A stretch of 32,000 bases of DNA. Origin: Deltaproteobacteria bacterium. GTDB taxonomy: Bacteria > Desulfobacterota > Syntrophorhabdia > Syntrophorhabdales > Syntrophorhabdaceae. Every line of letters begins with the position of its first letter. Position 1 is the stretch's first letter. The stretch spans positions 5,103 through 37,102 of the forward strand of contig JAKQBZ010000189.1 in assembly GCA_029559435.1 (NCBI GenBank), written 5' to 3'. The notes below the pieces were generated by a model. It saw only the letters and a list, made by a program, of their open reading frames with translations, made no database searches and had not been told where the DNA came from. The translations under genes were made by a program, and so were the position numbers. Shown here piece by piece: positions 1-8,455 of this stretch.

Positions 1-2
1 AG

Positions 3-563
3 AGGAAGACGAAAGAAACGACCATATCGGTACAGTGGCGTATCGACGGAAGCGGCTCCTACACGATCTCAACGGGCATACCTTTTTTTGACCACATGCT
101 CAGCCTTTTCGCAAAGCACGGGCTTTTTGATCTCACGATAAAGGCGAAGGGAGACATTGACATTGATTACCACCATACCGTTGAAGACATCGGGATCGTC
201 ATGGGAAAGGCCCTTAACAAGGCCCTTGGAGAATATAAGGGGATAAAGAGGTATGGCTATGCCATAATACCCATGGACGAGTCATTGTGCATGTGCGCCG
301 TAGACTTAAGCGGCAGGCCCACCCTCGTATGGAAGGGGAAGGTGCAGGGTAAGACCGGGGAGTTTGACGCCGACGTGGTAAAGGAATTTTTCCAGGGATT
401 TGTTAACGAGGCAAAGGCATCGCTGCACATCAATCTCCTTTACGGGGGGAACCTCCACCACAGGGTGGAGGCGATCTTCAAGTCCTTCGGAAAGGCCCTT
501 CAGGAGGCCGTTTCTAAAGACAAGAGGATACGGGGCGTCCCCTCTACGAAGGGAATTCTGTAA
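3..563 (+). CDS. hisB: Imidazoleglycerol-phosphate dehydratase, 5' truncated by window edge
   Basis: The frame is open from base 3 (RKTKETTISVQWRIDGSGSYTISTGIPFFDHMLSLFAKHG...), upstream of the first ATG at 96. It carries the HisB signatures FFDHML, DxHHTVEDIGIVMG and a second LHHRVEA..FK. Confidence 0.95.
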   Translation, partial: RKTKETTISVQWRIDGSGSYTISTGIPFFDHMLSLFAKHGLFDLTIKAKGDIDIDYHHTVEDIGIVMGKALNKALGEYKGIKRYGYAIIPMDESLCMCAVDLSGRPTLVWKGKVQGKTGEFDADVVKEFFQGFVNEAKASLHINLLYGGNLHHRVEAIFKSFGKALQEAVSKDKRIRGVPSTKGIL

Positions 564-602
564 AAAATACGGACAACGGGGCGCCTGGCAGGGTGGAAAA
601 AG

Positions 603-1205
603 ATGATAGCCATTGTTGATTACGGCATGGGAAACCTGAAAAGCGTTGTCAATGTTTTCAAAAAGCTCGGCGCCGATGCGGTGATCTCCAGGGAGAAGGA
701 GGCCATAGGATCCGCAAGGGCCTTGGTCTTGCCGGGCGTGGGCGCTTTTGGGAAGTGCATAGAGAACCTTGAACGGCTTGATCTGCTTGCCTTTCTTAGG
801 AAAACCATCCTGGAAGGCAAGCCCTATCTCGGCATTTGCCTCGGGATGCAGGTGCTCTTTGAGAAAAGCGAAGAGGCGCCGGGCGTTAAGGGCATGGGGA
901 TCATAAAAGGCAGCGTGCCCAGATTCAGGGGCCGGATAAAGGTCCCCCATATGGGCTGGAACAGCATCGAGGTTGTGAAGGAAACCCCGATCCTGAAAGG
1001 GATATCGACCGGCGAACACTTCTATTTTGTACATTCATACTACTGCCTCCCGGAAGAAGATGTAACGGCAACAAGAACGGATTACGGGGGGGATTTCGCC
1101 TCCTCGATACTGAAGGACAATGTTTTTGCATGCCAGTTCCACCCGGAGAAAAGCCAGAGGATCGGGCAGGTGCTGCTGAAGAACTTTATCGCCCTCCATG
1201 CGTAG
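603..1205 (+). CDS. hisH: Imidazole glycerol phosphate synthase, glutamine amidotransferase subunit
   Basis: MIAIVDYGMGNLKSV, LPGVGAFG, nucleophile motif GICLGMQ, VPHMGWN, FVHSYY and FQFHPEKS-type motif (CQFHPEKSQ). It directly follows hisB. Confidence 0.95.
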   Translation: MIAIVDYGMGNLKSVVNVFKKLGADAVISREKEAIGSARALVLPGVGAFGKCIENLERLDLLAFLRKTILEGKPYLGICLGMQVLFEKSEEAPGVKGMGIIKGSVPRFRGRIKVPHMGWNSIEVVKETPILKGISTGEHFYFVHSYYCLPEEDVTATRTDYGGDFASSILKDNVFACQFHPEKSQRIGQVLLKNFIALHA

Positions 1206-1229
1206 GCCAAAACAGGACGAGCATCTATG

Positions 1230-1354
1230 AATAACCAATAACCAAACATCAATCACCAATTAATACCCAATCACCAATGACCGAATACCCAAACGGGAAA
1301 CAATACCGGCAAGTTTCTGTTTGGTTATTGGTTATTATTTGGTGTTTGGTGATT
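1230..1354. repeat. AT-rich intergenic repeat with a perfect 18-bp inverted repeat
   Basis: AATAACCAATAACCAAAC (1230-1247) is exactly complementary to GTTTGGTTATTGGTTATT (1319-1336). The unit is rich in ACCAAT/ATTGGT words. Confidence 0.75.
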
Positions 1355-1373
1355 CTCTTTGTGGTGGATTCCC

Positions 1374-1401
1374 TTGACATAATGGCTTTTTTTACGATAA
1401 C
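1374..1401 (+). promoter_or_regulatory. Candidate sigma70 promoter for the tetraheme cytochrome gene
   Basis: TTGACA (1374-1379), 16-nt spacer, GATAAC (1396-1401), just upstream of the ATG at 1428. Confidence 0.4.
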
Positions 1402-1427
1402 ATGAGAAAAATTTTTTGAGGCGAGCC

Positions 1428-1808
1428 ATGAAAAGGACATTGCCCGCTATCGCGCTGTGCGCTGTGGCGGTATTTTTTGTTGTCGCGATCATCAGTCCGG
1501 CGGGTGCGCAAAAAAAGGCGCCGGAGCCGTTAAGCCTTTTGCTCAAAGGGGCGAAGCTCCCTCCAGCTCCCTTTTCTCACACCACGCACGTCGATAAGGC
1601 AAGGGTCGGCTGCTCCGCCTGCCACCATAAAGATAAAGACCCCAAAGAACCGGATAAGTGCACAACGTGCCATCTCCTGAAAGAGGTTAAAGATAATGCG
1701 CCTCTCGCAAAGCATGCGTTCCACAAGAACTGCAAGACCTGTCACGAGGAAAACGCGGCAAAAGGGGTTAGCGCGCCAACGAAATGTGCAGAGTGCCATA
1801 AGAAGTGA
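1428..1808 (+). CDS. Exported tetraheme class III (c3/c7-like) cytochrome
   Basis: N-terminal signal-type sequence followed by four CxxCH sites (CSACH, CTTCH, CKTCH, CAECH) and extra distal histidines. ATG 1428 is preferred over the in-frame TTG at 1416. Confidence 0.85.
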   Translation: MKRTLPAIALCAVAVFFVVAIISPAGAQKKAPEPLSLLLKGAKLPPAPFSHTTHVDKARVGCSACHHKDKDPKEPDKCTTCHLLKEVKDNAPLAKHAFHKNCKTCHEENAAKGVSAPTKCAECHKK

Positions 1809-1820
1809 CCCGGGGGACAA

Positions 1821-3104
1821 CTGACAGGCCATAAAAAAAGCATAGTAAAGGCAGCCCATGACTTTATCGCCTCGCTGCGATTTGCAATACTCATCCTCTC
1901 CCTTATCGCCATCGCCTCTGTCCTGGGCACGGTCGTAAAGCAGGGGGCAACCGCCGAGGAATACCTCGCCATATATTCTGAAAACACCTATAAAATGATC
2001 AGCCTTCTCGGGCTTGACGATGCGTACCACGCGCCGTGGTTTATCGCGCTTATCGCCCTGTTCGCGCTAAGCCTGGTCCTCTGCAGCCTTCGCAGGCTCG
2101 CCCTTTTCGTTAAAGAAAAAAAGACAATCGTTCTGCCCGAAGAAGACAGGTTGTTAAAGATGGACCTTCATTCATATATCCCGGAGAAAGATTTCAGCGA
2201 AACGCTCGGCCTTTTGGCGCGACGATACAGGCTGGCCCTCGGGGACGGGCAGGGAGCCGTCCTGGAAAAGGGGCGGCTGTCACGATACGGGGTTTTTATT
2301 ATCCATGCGAGCATTATTATAATCCTCGCAGGGGGCCTTATAGGCCTTCTCTTCGGGTACAGGGGGTTTGTAACGCTTAAGGTAGGCGAGACGAAAGACC
2401 GGTTGACGCTGCGCGGAAAAAGCCCTGCCGAGGTGCCTCTTGGTTTTGCCTTAACGTGCAAAGACTTCAAGGTAAACTTTTATCCCACCGGGGAGCCGAA
2501 GGATTTCGTAAGCAGCGTTGAGATAGTAGAAAACGGGAAGGCCGTGCTGGGAAAAGAGATAAGGGTGAACGAGCCCCTTTCATACAAGGGGATCCGCTTT
2601 TACCAGTCACATTATGGCAGCGCCCCTGTCTTTTTCTTCAACGTGGGAGGAGAAAAGGTTGCCCTGATGGAACGGGAGGCGTTCCGGAAAAACAGCCTGT
2701 TGCTTATGGTGGCCCGCTACGAAAGCAGGGTCCATGACTTTGGGCCCGGAGTCCTTGTTGCATATCTTGACGGCGGCGAGCCTAAGGCGACCTGGTTCCT
2801 TAAGAATGTGGACCGCCTCAGGGAGCAAGACCTGCAGGGAGTAAGGGTAAGCCTCAACGATATTCAGGAACAGCTCTATACCGGCCTTGAGGCGTCGAGA
2901 GACCCCGGGGTTTTCGTGGTGTGGGCGGGATTTGTTTTTATCCTCTTCGGGCTGTATGTTAACTTCTTCGTGCGGCACAGAAGGATATACCTGCTTAAAG
3001 TTCCCGGAGGGTTGCTGGTGGCAGGAACGGCATTGAGAAACAGGGGAGACCTCGATAAAGAGTTCAAAAACCTGTTAGAGGAGATTCATGGCCATACACC
3101 ATAA
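1821..3104 (+). CDS. resB: ResB-like cytochrome c biogenesis protein (system II)
   Basis: The track ORF starts at ATG 1995, but the frame is open from 1809 and encodes the conserved ResB N-terminus (LTGHKKSIVKAAHDFIASLRFAILILSLIAIASVLGTVVKQG...). There is no ATG, GTG or TTG in that stretch; CTG 1821 is the best available start. Confidence 0.8.
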   Translation: MTGHKKSIVKAAHDFIASLRFAILILSLIAIASVLGTVVKQGATAEEYLAIYSENTYKMISLLGLDDAYHAPWFIALIALFALSLVLCSLRRLALFVKEKKTIVLPEEDRLLKMDLHSYIPEKDFSETLGLLARRYRLALGDGQGAVLEKGRLSRYGVFIIHASIIIILAGGLIGLLFGYRGFVTLKVGETKDRLTLRGKSPAEVPLGFALTCKDFKVNFYPTGEPKDFVSSVEIVENGKAVLGKEIRVNEPLSYKGIRFYQSHYGSAPVFFFNVGGEKVALMEREAFRKNSLLLMVARYESRVHDFGPGVLVAYLDGGEPKATWFLKNVDRLREQDLQGVRVSLNDIQEQLYTGLEASRDPGVFVVWAGFVFILFGLYVNFFVRHRRIYLLKVPGGLLVAGTALRNRGDLDKEFKNLLEEIHGHTP

Positions 3105-3903
3105 GATCCTCGGGGTGGCGACGCTGTTGTACCTCCTTGTTTTTTTTCTCCACATCCTCTACTTTTCCCTGAAAAAGGAGAAGGCCCTTTCCGCCATATG
3201 GATAACCCTTTACGGTACCATCTGCATCCACACCCTGGGGCTTGTTCTCCGCTGGATAGAATCGTACAGGATGGACATAGGGCACGTGCCGCTCGCGAAC
3301 TTTTATGAATCCCTCATCTTTTTTGCATGGTCTGTAACCTTTATGCTTATCGTAATGCGGAAAAAGATCCCCTACCCCGTAATCACAATGTGCGCGTCCC
3401 TGGCCTCCCTTTTCCTGATGGGATACGCCTCCATCTCGCCATCGGTGGACAGAAGCATTCAGCCCCTGATACCTGCGCTGCAGAGCAACTGGCTTCATAT
3501 CCACGTCATCACCTGTTTTGTAGCATACGCGGCATTTGTCATATCCTTTGTCTGCGGCCTTCTCTATTTTGTCGAATGGAAGGGGGTTGTTCCGCCAAAG
3601 GAGGTCCTTGACAATATAAACTATCGAAGCGTGATCATAGGGTTCCCCATGCTCAGCGCCGGCATACTCACGGGGGCGGTATGGGCGCACTACGCCTGGG
3701 GTTCATACTGGAGCTGGGACCCGAAAGAAACATGGTCATTGATTACGTGGATAATATATGCTTTATTTTTACATGCCAGATTAGTGAGTGGCTGGCGCGA
3801 AAAGAGGATTGCGCTGATCTCGATCATAGGCTTTATGAGTGTTATTTTTACCTATTTCGGAGTAAACTTTATTCTTTCGGGGTTGCATACCTACGCCACA
3901 TGA
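3088..3903 (+). CDS. ccsA: CcsA/CcsB (ResC)-type cytochrome c biogenesis protein
   Basis: Polytopic membrane protein with the tryptophan-rich motif VWAHYAWGSYWSWDPKETWSLITWIIYALFLHAR. It overlaps the 3' end of resB. Confidence 0.93.
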   Translation: MAIHHKILGVATLLYLLVFFLHILYFSLKKEKALSAIWITLYGTICIHTLGLVLRWIESYRMDIGHVPLANFYESLIFFAWSVTFMLIVMRKKIPYPVITMCASLASLFLMGYASISPSVDRSIQPLIPALQSNWLHIHVITCFVAYAAFVISFVCGLLYFVEWKGVVPPKEVLDNINYRSVIIGFPMLSAGILTGAVWAHYAWGSYWSWDPKETWSLITWIIYALFLHARLVSGWREKRIALISIIGFMSVIFTYFGVNFILSGLHTYAT

Positions 3904-4724
3904 AAAAGAAAAGACCAAAAAGCCTGGTGTTGTTTGGAAACGGGATAAACTGCGAATACGAAACTGCCTATGCCAACAGGCTGGCAGGGTTCGACACAAC
4001 CCTCCTCCACATAGACCGCCTGATGGAGGGCCCAAAAGATATCCACCGCTATGCCTTTATAAATTTTCCCGGCGGCTTTCTTGACGGGGACGATCTCGGT
4101 TCCGCTAAGGCCCAGGCGGTGAAATGGCGGTATCAGAGGCTGCGCAGCTCAACGGAGAAGTTTATTGATGAACTGATCAGGTTTGTCGCCGACGGCAAGA
4201 TACTGCTCGGCATATGCAACGGGTTTCAGCTTCTCGTGAAGACCGGGCTGCTCCCGGCAGCCGGAGGCGAATACGGAAGACAGACCGTAACGCTGACATC
4301 AAACGATTCCGGAAGATTTGAGGACCGGTGGACGCACCTTAGGATCAATAAACTTTCCCGTTGCATATTTACCCGCGATATGGATAAAATCTATCTTCCC
4401 GTGAGACACGGCGAAGGAAAATGTGTTGCAGACAGCCGGGAAACCATTGGGAAGATAAAAGAAGGCGGCCATATCGTTTTACAGTATGCCGATGAAAAGG
4501 GGGACGTTACCGATAAATACCCCTGCTGCCCCAACGGTTCGGCAGAAGCGATCGCCGGCCTGTGCGATGCGTCGGGGCGAATCTTCGGCCTCATGCCGCA
4601 CCCGGAAGGTTTTATCCATTATACGCAGCACCCCCGATGGACGAGGGAACCCGTTGAGGAGGCAGGGGGAGATGGTTTGAGGATATTCAGGAACGCATAT
4701 AGATTTGTGTCAGAAAATCAATAG
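3900..4724 (+). CDS. purQ: Class I glutamine amidotransferase, phosphoribosylformylglycinamidine synthase PurQ-like
   Basis: ATG 3900 overlaps the ccsA stop (ATGA). Motifs: INFPGGFLDGDDLGSAK, GICNGFQLLVKTGLLP, VRHGEGK, GLMPHPEGF. Confidence 0.75.
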   Translation: MKKKRPKSLVLFGNGINCEYETAYANRLAGFDTTLLHIDRLMEGPKDIHRYAFINFPGGFLDGDDLGSAKAQAVKWRYQRLRSSTEKFIDELIRFVADGKILLGICNGFQLLVKTGLLPAAGGEYGRQTVTLTSNDSGRFEDRWTHLRINKLSRCIFTRDMDKIYLPVRHGEGKCVADSRETIGKIKEGGHIVLQYADEKGDVTDKYPCCPNGSAEAIAGLCDASGRIFGLMPHPEGFIHYTQHPRWTREPVEEAGGDGLRIFRNAYRFVSENQ

Positions 4725-4735
4725 GAGGTATTTCT

Positions 4736-5020
4736 ATGAACAAGATGGACATTATCAACAAGCTTGCTGCCGACATCAATGTAAACCAGAAGATAGCGAA
4801 GATAGCCGTTGACACGATCATCGACAGCGTAAAAAAGGCAATTATAAATAATGAACGCGTCGAGATAAGAGGGTTCGGGAGCTTTACCCTCAGGGAATAT
4901 AAGGCATACAAAGGAAGAAACCCGAAAAGCGGAGAGATGGTCAACGTTGAGCCGAAAAAGCTCCCCTATTTCAAGGTCGGCAAGGAACTGAAAGAGATGA
5001 TATGGAAGGACTCCCTATAG
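4736..5020 (+). CDS. HU/IHF family DNA-binding protein
   Basis: 94 aa with VEIRGFGSFTLREYKAYKGRNPKSGE...PYFKVGKELK. Strong RBS (AGGAGG). Confidence 0.95.
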   Translation: MNKMDIINKLAADINVNQKIAKIAVDTIIDSVKKAIINNERVEIRGFGSFTLREYKAYKGRNPKSGEMVNVEPKKLPYFKVGKELKEMIWKDSL

Positions 5021-5036
5021 CGGGAAGGTATTGGAA

Positions 5037-6071
5037 CTAAAAATCCCCCCAGCGGGAACTCAAAAGATGTTTTAACCTTTTTACCGTCTGCACTATCTCG
5101 TCTGATTGGCCCTTCTTCTTTTCGTAGGCATATGCAGGGCTCCCCTTCATCTCGGTTATCACCGCCTTCACAGAGCTTGCAAGCCCCGACAGGTCATAGC
5201 CGCCCTCAAGGGCAAAAAGCGCCTTGCCCTTCGAATGTTTTTCGGCGATCTCAAGGAGAATCTTGGTCATCATGGCGTACCCCCCTTCGGTTACAACCAT
5301 TCCGCCGAGAGGGTCGTTGTAATAGGCATCGAAACCTGCCGAAACAAGCACCATTTCAGGCCTGTATACATCCGATACAGGAACAAGGACTTCACGGAAG
5401 GCATAAAGATAGTCCTCATCGGACATGCCGTAGGACATGGGCACGTTGATAGTATACCCTTCGCCTTTGCCCTCGCCTATCTCTTCATACCACCCCGTTC
5501 CGGGGTAATAGGGGTATTGATGGGTTGAAAAGTAGAGAACGGTGGCATCCCCGTAAAAACTGTGCTGTGTGCCGTTGCCGTGATGAAGGTCGAAGTCGAC
5601 GATGAGAATCCTCTTTGCATTATAGGCCTTTTCCAGGTACCGGGCGCCTATGGCAATATTGTTAAAGATGCAGAAGCCCATCCCCCTGTCGCGCTCCGCG
5701 TGGTGCCCCGGGGGCCTCACAAGGGCAAAGGCGCTCTGTATCTCGGACGCCTGCAGCTTGTCGATGAGGGCCAGGACGCCGCCTGCGGCGAGGCACGACG
5801 CTTCGTAGGTCTTGGGAGAGGTGACCGTGTCCGGGTCAATCCTTTTCGGCGGCTTGCCGCTTGTCGCCGCGACATAATCGATGTAGGCAACATCATGATT
5901 GAGGGCGATCTCTTCTCGGGTCGCCTTCCTTGGCTGCACAAAGACGATGCCATCGTCGCTTATCGTTTCGAGCATGGAATAAATAGACCTTAGCCTGTTG
6001 GGGTTTTCGGGGTGGTAATCATCGGTGATATGTTCTAAAAAGAGATTGTCCTTTACAATACCGACGCTCAT
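5037..6071 (-). CDS. Histone deacetylase / acetoin utilization (AcuC-like) family deacetylase
   Basis: ALVRPPGHHAERDRGMGFCIFNNIAIGA, VDFDLHHGNGTQ, MVLVSAGFDAYYNDPLGG, FALEGGYDLSGL. Confidence 0.92.
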   Translation of the reverse strand: MSVGIVKDNLFLEHITDDYHPENPNRLRSIYSMLETISDDGIVFVQPRKATREEIALNHDVAYIDYVAATSGKPPKRIDPDTVTSPKTYEASCLAAGGVLALIDKLQASEIQSAFALVRPPGHHAERDRGMGFCIFNNIAIGARYLEKAYNAKRILIVDFDLHHGNGTQHSFYGDATVLYFSTHQYPYYPGTGWYEEIGEGKGEGYTINVPMSYGMSDEDYLYAFREVLVPVSDVYRPEMVLVSAGFDAYYNDPLGGMVVTEGGYAMMTKILLEIAEKHSKGKALFALEGGYDLSGLASSVKAVITEMKGSPAYAYEKKKGQSDEIVQTVKRLKHLLSSRWGDF

Positions 6072-6194
6072 ATGGCCCTCCCTGATGACAGGATAGTAAG
6101 TTTTCCGTAAAAAAGCAAGGGATTATAGAGGCAGTCGATAGTCGATAGTGAATAGCAATAAAACCAGCTAATGGCTGATAGCAAGGCAAGCACG

Positions 6195-6285
6195 AAATCC
6201 TAATATCGAAGCACTAAACAATATCAAAAATCAAATATCAAATGCTCGAAACGAAGGCATGATATTTATGTTTTGAACATTTTTA
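6195..6285. repeat. AT-rich dispersed intergenic repeat, copy 1
   Basis: AAATCCTAATATCGAAGCACTAAACAATATCAAAAATCAAATATCAAATGCTCGAAAC...TTTTGAACATT. It shares a long near-identical core with 27669-27759. Confidence 0.7.
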
Positions 6286-7221
6286 CGATGTACGCCGAGA
6301 GCCCTGTCTCTTGTCGATCCTATAGCAGCTTCCCCCGTGAAGCTTTGCGTGCCTTTTCATCTCTGAGGCAACCTCGGTAAATTCTCCGTAGTGGGAAAAC
6401 GAAATGTGCCTGTTGTGGGCGATGCCTATGGAGAGGGAAACAACAGGGAACCTTTTTTCATTTCCCTGCCGGTCCTTTGTTTGGATGTATCCGCGCTCCC
6501 TGTCCCCGGGATCGTAGAACGTGGGCATGATACTGTCAAACGCCAGAATGATCTCTGACGAAACCTCTTTAACAAGGCCAAGATCCATGATGTATATAAA
6601 ATCATCGCCGCCGATATGCCCTACGAAACCCCCGGCAGGCTGCTTGTTCTTTACGATATTCAGAATAAGGCGGCCGGCCGCCTTTATCACCTCGTCGCCG
6701 CGCGTAAAGCCATAGTGGTCATTGAAGGGCTTAAAGTTGTCGAGATCGCCATAGGCAAGGGCAAAAACATCACCGCGGTCTATCCGCTGCTGTATCTGCC
6801 GGTTGATGGAGATGTTGCCGGGAAGCTTTGTAAGGGGGTTTACTTCCACAACCCTCTCAGACCTGACAATACAAAGATCGACGCGGGCGAGGCCCTCTCT
6901 TTCAAGGTCGCCTTTTAATATGTAATCTTCGACAAGCAGAGAATCCCAGCGAGGGATCTCCCCGGCATCCTCAAGGGCCGCCAGCACAGGAAGCTGGTTG
7001 AAGATGGGGTCGCTTTTCAGGGTGTTCAGGATATTTGTTGTGAGGGGATCGCCCCCGGCTATATCAATGATCAGCAAGCCGGGAATGGCGTTATAGATAT
7101 AATCAAGGGCGGGCCGGATATTGTCAAAGGACACCAGGCGATAATTGTCCTGCAGGGCACCCGCCAGAAGGCCCGAAAAGGCAGGATGCTGCGAAACGAT
7201 AACGATATCTTTTTTTTTCAT
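6283..7221 (-). CDS. GGDEF-domain protein with receiver-like N-terminus
   Basis: N-terminal IVIVSQHPAFSGLLAGAL...LLIID; C-terminal NPLTKLPGN...YGDLDNFKPFNDHYGFTRGDEVI...GHIGGDDFIYI. Confidence 0.88.
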   Translation of the reverse strand: MKKKDIVIVSQHPAFSGLLAGALQDNYRLVSFDNIRPALDYIYNAIPGLLIIDIAGGDPLTTNILNTLKSDPIFNQLPVLAALEDAGEIPRWDSLLVEDYILKGDLEREGLARVDLCIVRSERVVEVNPLTKLPGNISINRQIQQRIDRGDVFALAYGDLDNFKPFNDHYGFTRGDEVIKAAGRLILNIVKNKQPAGGFVGHIGGDDFIYIMDLGLVKEVSSEIILAFDSIMPTFYDPGDRERGYIQTKDRQGNEKRFPVVSLSIGIAHNRHISFSHYGEFTEVASEMKRHAKLHGGSCYRIDKRQGSRRTS

Positions 7222-8057
7222 AACGCAAGGTCTTCCGTCATTTCCAGGGATTCTTCAAACGTCCACAGCACATCCCTGAGGTCGGCTTCGGACAGGCCAA
7301 GCATCTGCCAGGATTTTGGATTGACCGCCATAAGGGTGTGGTCGCCGGCAAAGCCGAACCCCCTTGCCCGCACCAGTATGTCTGAGAGATGGACAATTGC
7401 GGATTCAACAGGCGCACTCTTTGAAAGGTGCGGCTTGTGGTGGTGCTCAATGACATCGACAAGCTTTTGTGGAAAGCGCCACTTCTGTGCCATCCACGAG
7501 CCGACGCTTGCGTGGGTTGTGCCGTAATGAAGGCGCTCGGCTTCATATATGCCCATGCCGTTAATGTCTGCATCGTGCATCGCCTTCTCGTATTTATCGG
7601 GGAACCGAAGGATCAGCAGAACCTTGCCGATATCATGGAGAAGGCCGTCGATGGATGCCTCTTCGGGTTCTTTCAGCCCCTTTTTTTCGGCGATAAGCCT
7701 TGCTATGATGGCACAGCCGAGGGAATGTTCCCAGAGCCCGATCATGGTCTTTTGCATGAGATCAAAGACCGAGACGCCGAGAAGCAAGCCCTTGACAACG
7801 CTTAATCCCAGGAGGATTACCGCCTGATTTACCGATGATATCCTGCCGGGAAATCCGTAGACCGGCGAGTTGACCATTTTAAGAACTTTTGTTGTAAGGG
7901 CGGGATCGTTCGATATGAAGTTGCTGATCTCGTTCAGAGAGACCCTCGGGTTTTCGATGACCCCCAAAAGCCTTTTCAATACGCCCGGAATGGTCGGCAG
8001 CGCATTTATGTTCTCGACCTTGTCCCTGAGGTCCCCGATGCCGGCAACGCTACCCAT
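7218..8057 (-). CDS. HDOD-domain signalling protein
   Basis: INALPTIPGVLKRLLGVIENPRVSLNEISNFISNDPALTTKVLKMVNSPVYGFPGRISSVNQAVILLG and GLLHDIGKVLL. Overlaps the GGDEF gene start by 4 nt. Confidence 0.93.
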   Translation of the reverse strand: MGSVAGIGDLRDKVENINALPTIPGVLKRLLGVIENPRVSLNEISNFISNDPALTTKVLKMVNSPVYGFPGRISSVNQAVILLGLSVVKGLLLGVSVFDLMQKTMIGLWEHSLGCAIIARLIAEKKGLKEPEEASIDGLLHDIGKVLLILRFPDKYEKAMHDADINGMGIYEAERLHYGTTHASVGSWMAQKWRFPQKLVDVIEHHHKPHLSKSAPVESAIVHLSDILVRARGFGFAGDHTLMAVNPKSWQMLGLSEADLRDVLWTFEESLEMTEDLAL

Positions 8058-8346
8058 ATAAACCCTCTATATGCTCTCTCAGGGCCTTTTTTATGACATC
8101 CATATAGGGCTTCCCTTCCGCTGACTTGAAGCGCCTGTCGAGATCCGACAGCGCCTCCTCCTTTGATGTTGAAGGCGGGGAAATCCCCTGAACGAATATG
8201 CTGTCGGCATCCATGTCCCTGATCTTTTCTATAAGGGCCGCCGTCAGTTCCGTTCCCTCTCCGAGCAGCACCATTCCGCCCCTGTTTGTCACTGGCCTGA
8301 GCAGCTTCATTCCGGGCTTCAGCTTGTCAGGCGTAGTTTTCGGCAC
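8050..8346 (-). CDS. Conserved small protein (98 aa) resembling the module often N-terminal to HD-GYP proteins
   Basis: Best start is GTG at 8344-8346, preceded by AGGAGG on the minus strand: VPKTTPDKLKPGMKLLRPVTNRGGMVLLGEGTELTAALIEKIRDMDADSIFVQG. The track ORF extension to 8562 is not supported. Confidence 0.7.
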   Translation of the reverse strand: MPKTTPDKLKPGMKLLRPVTNRGGMVLLGEGTELTAALIEKIRDMDADSIFVQGISPPSTSKEEALSDLDRRFKSAEGKPYMDVIKKALREHIEGLYG

Positions 8347-8455
8347 AGCGCGCCCCTCCTGTTCAAACGTTTCCTTGGTCAGACATGAAACGTCTCTTAG
8401 ATATAATCGGCCAAAAACGCAATAGGTTAAGTTTTCAGTGATTTTTAGCAGATAT

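Noticed and set aside
306-1034. 242-aa minus-strand ORF opposite hisB/hisH
   Set aside because: Shadow ORF over two confidently identified genes, typical of this high-GC3 sequence.
1230-1354. Possible CRISPR array from repeated ACCAAT words
   Set aside because: There are no regularly spaced identical repeats with unique spacers; it is a degenerate inverted repeat.
3681-3899. N-terminal extension of the PurQ-like ORF
   Set aside because: It lies inside ccsA in another frame; ATG 3900, overlapping the ccsA stop, begins the conserved domain.
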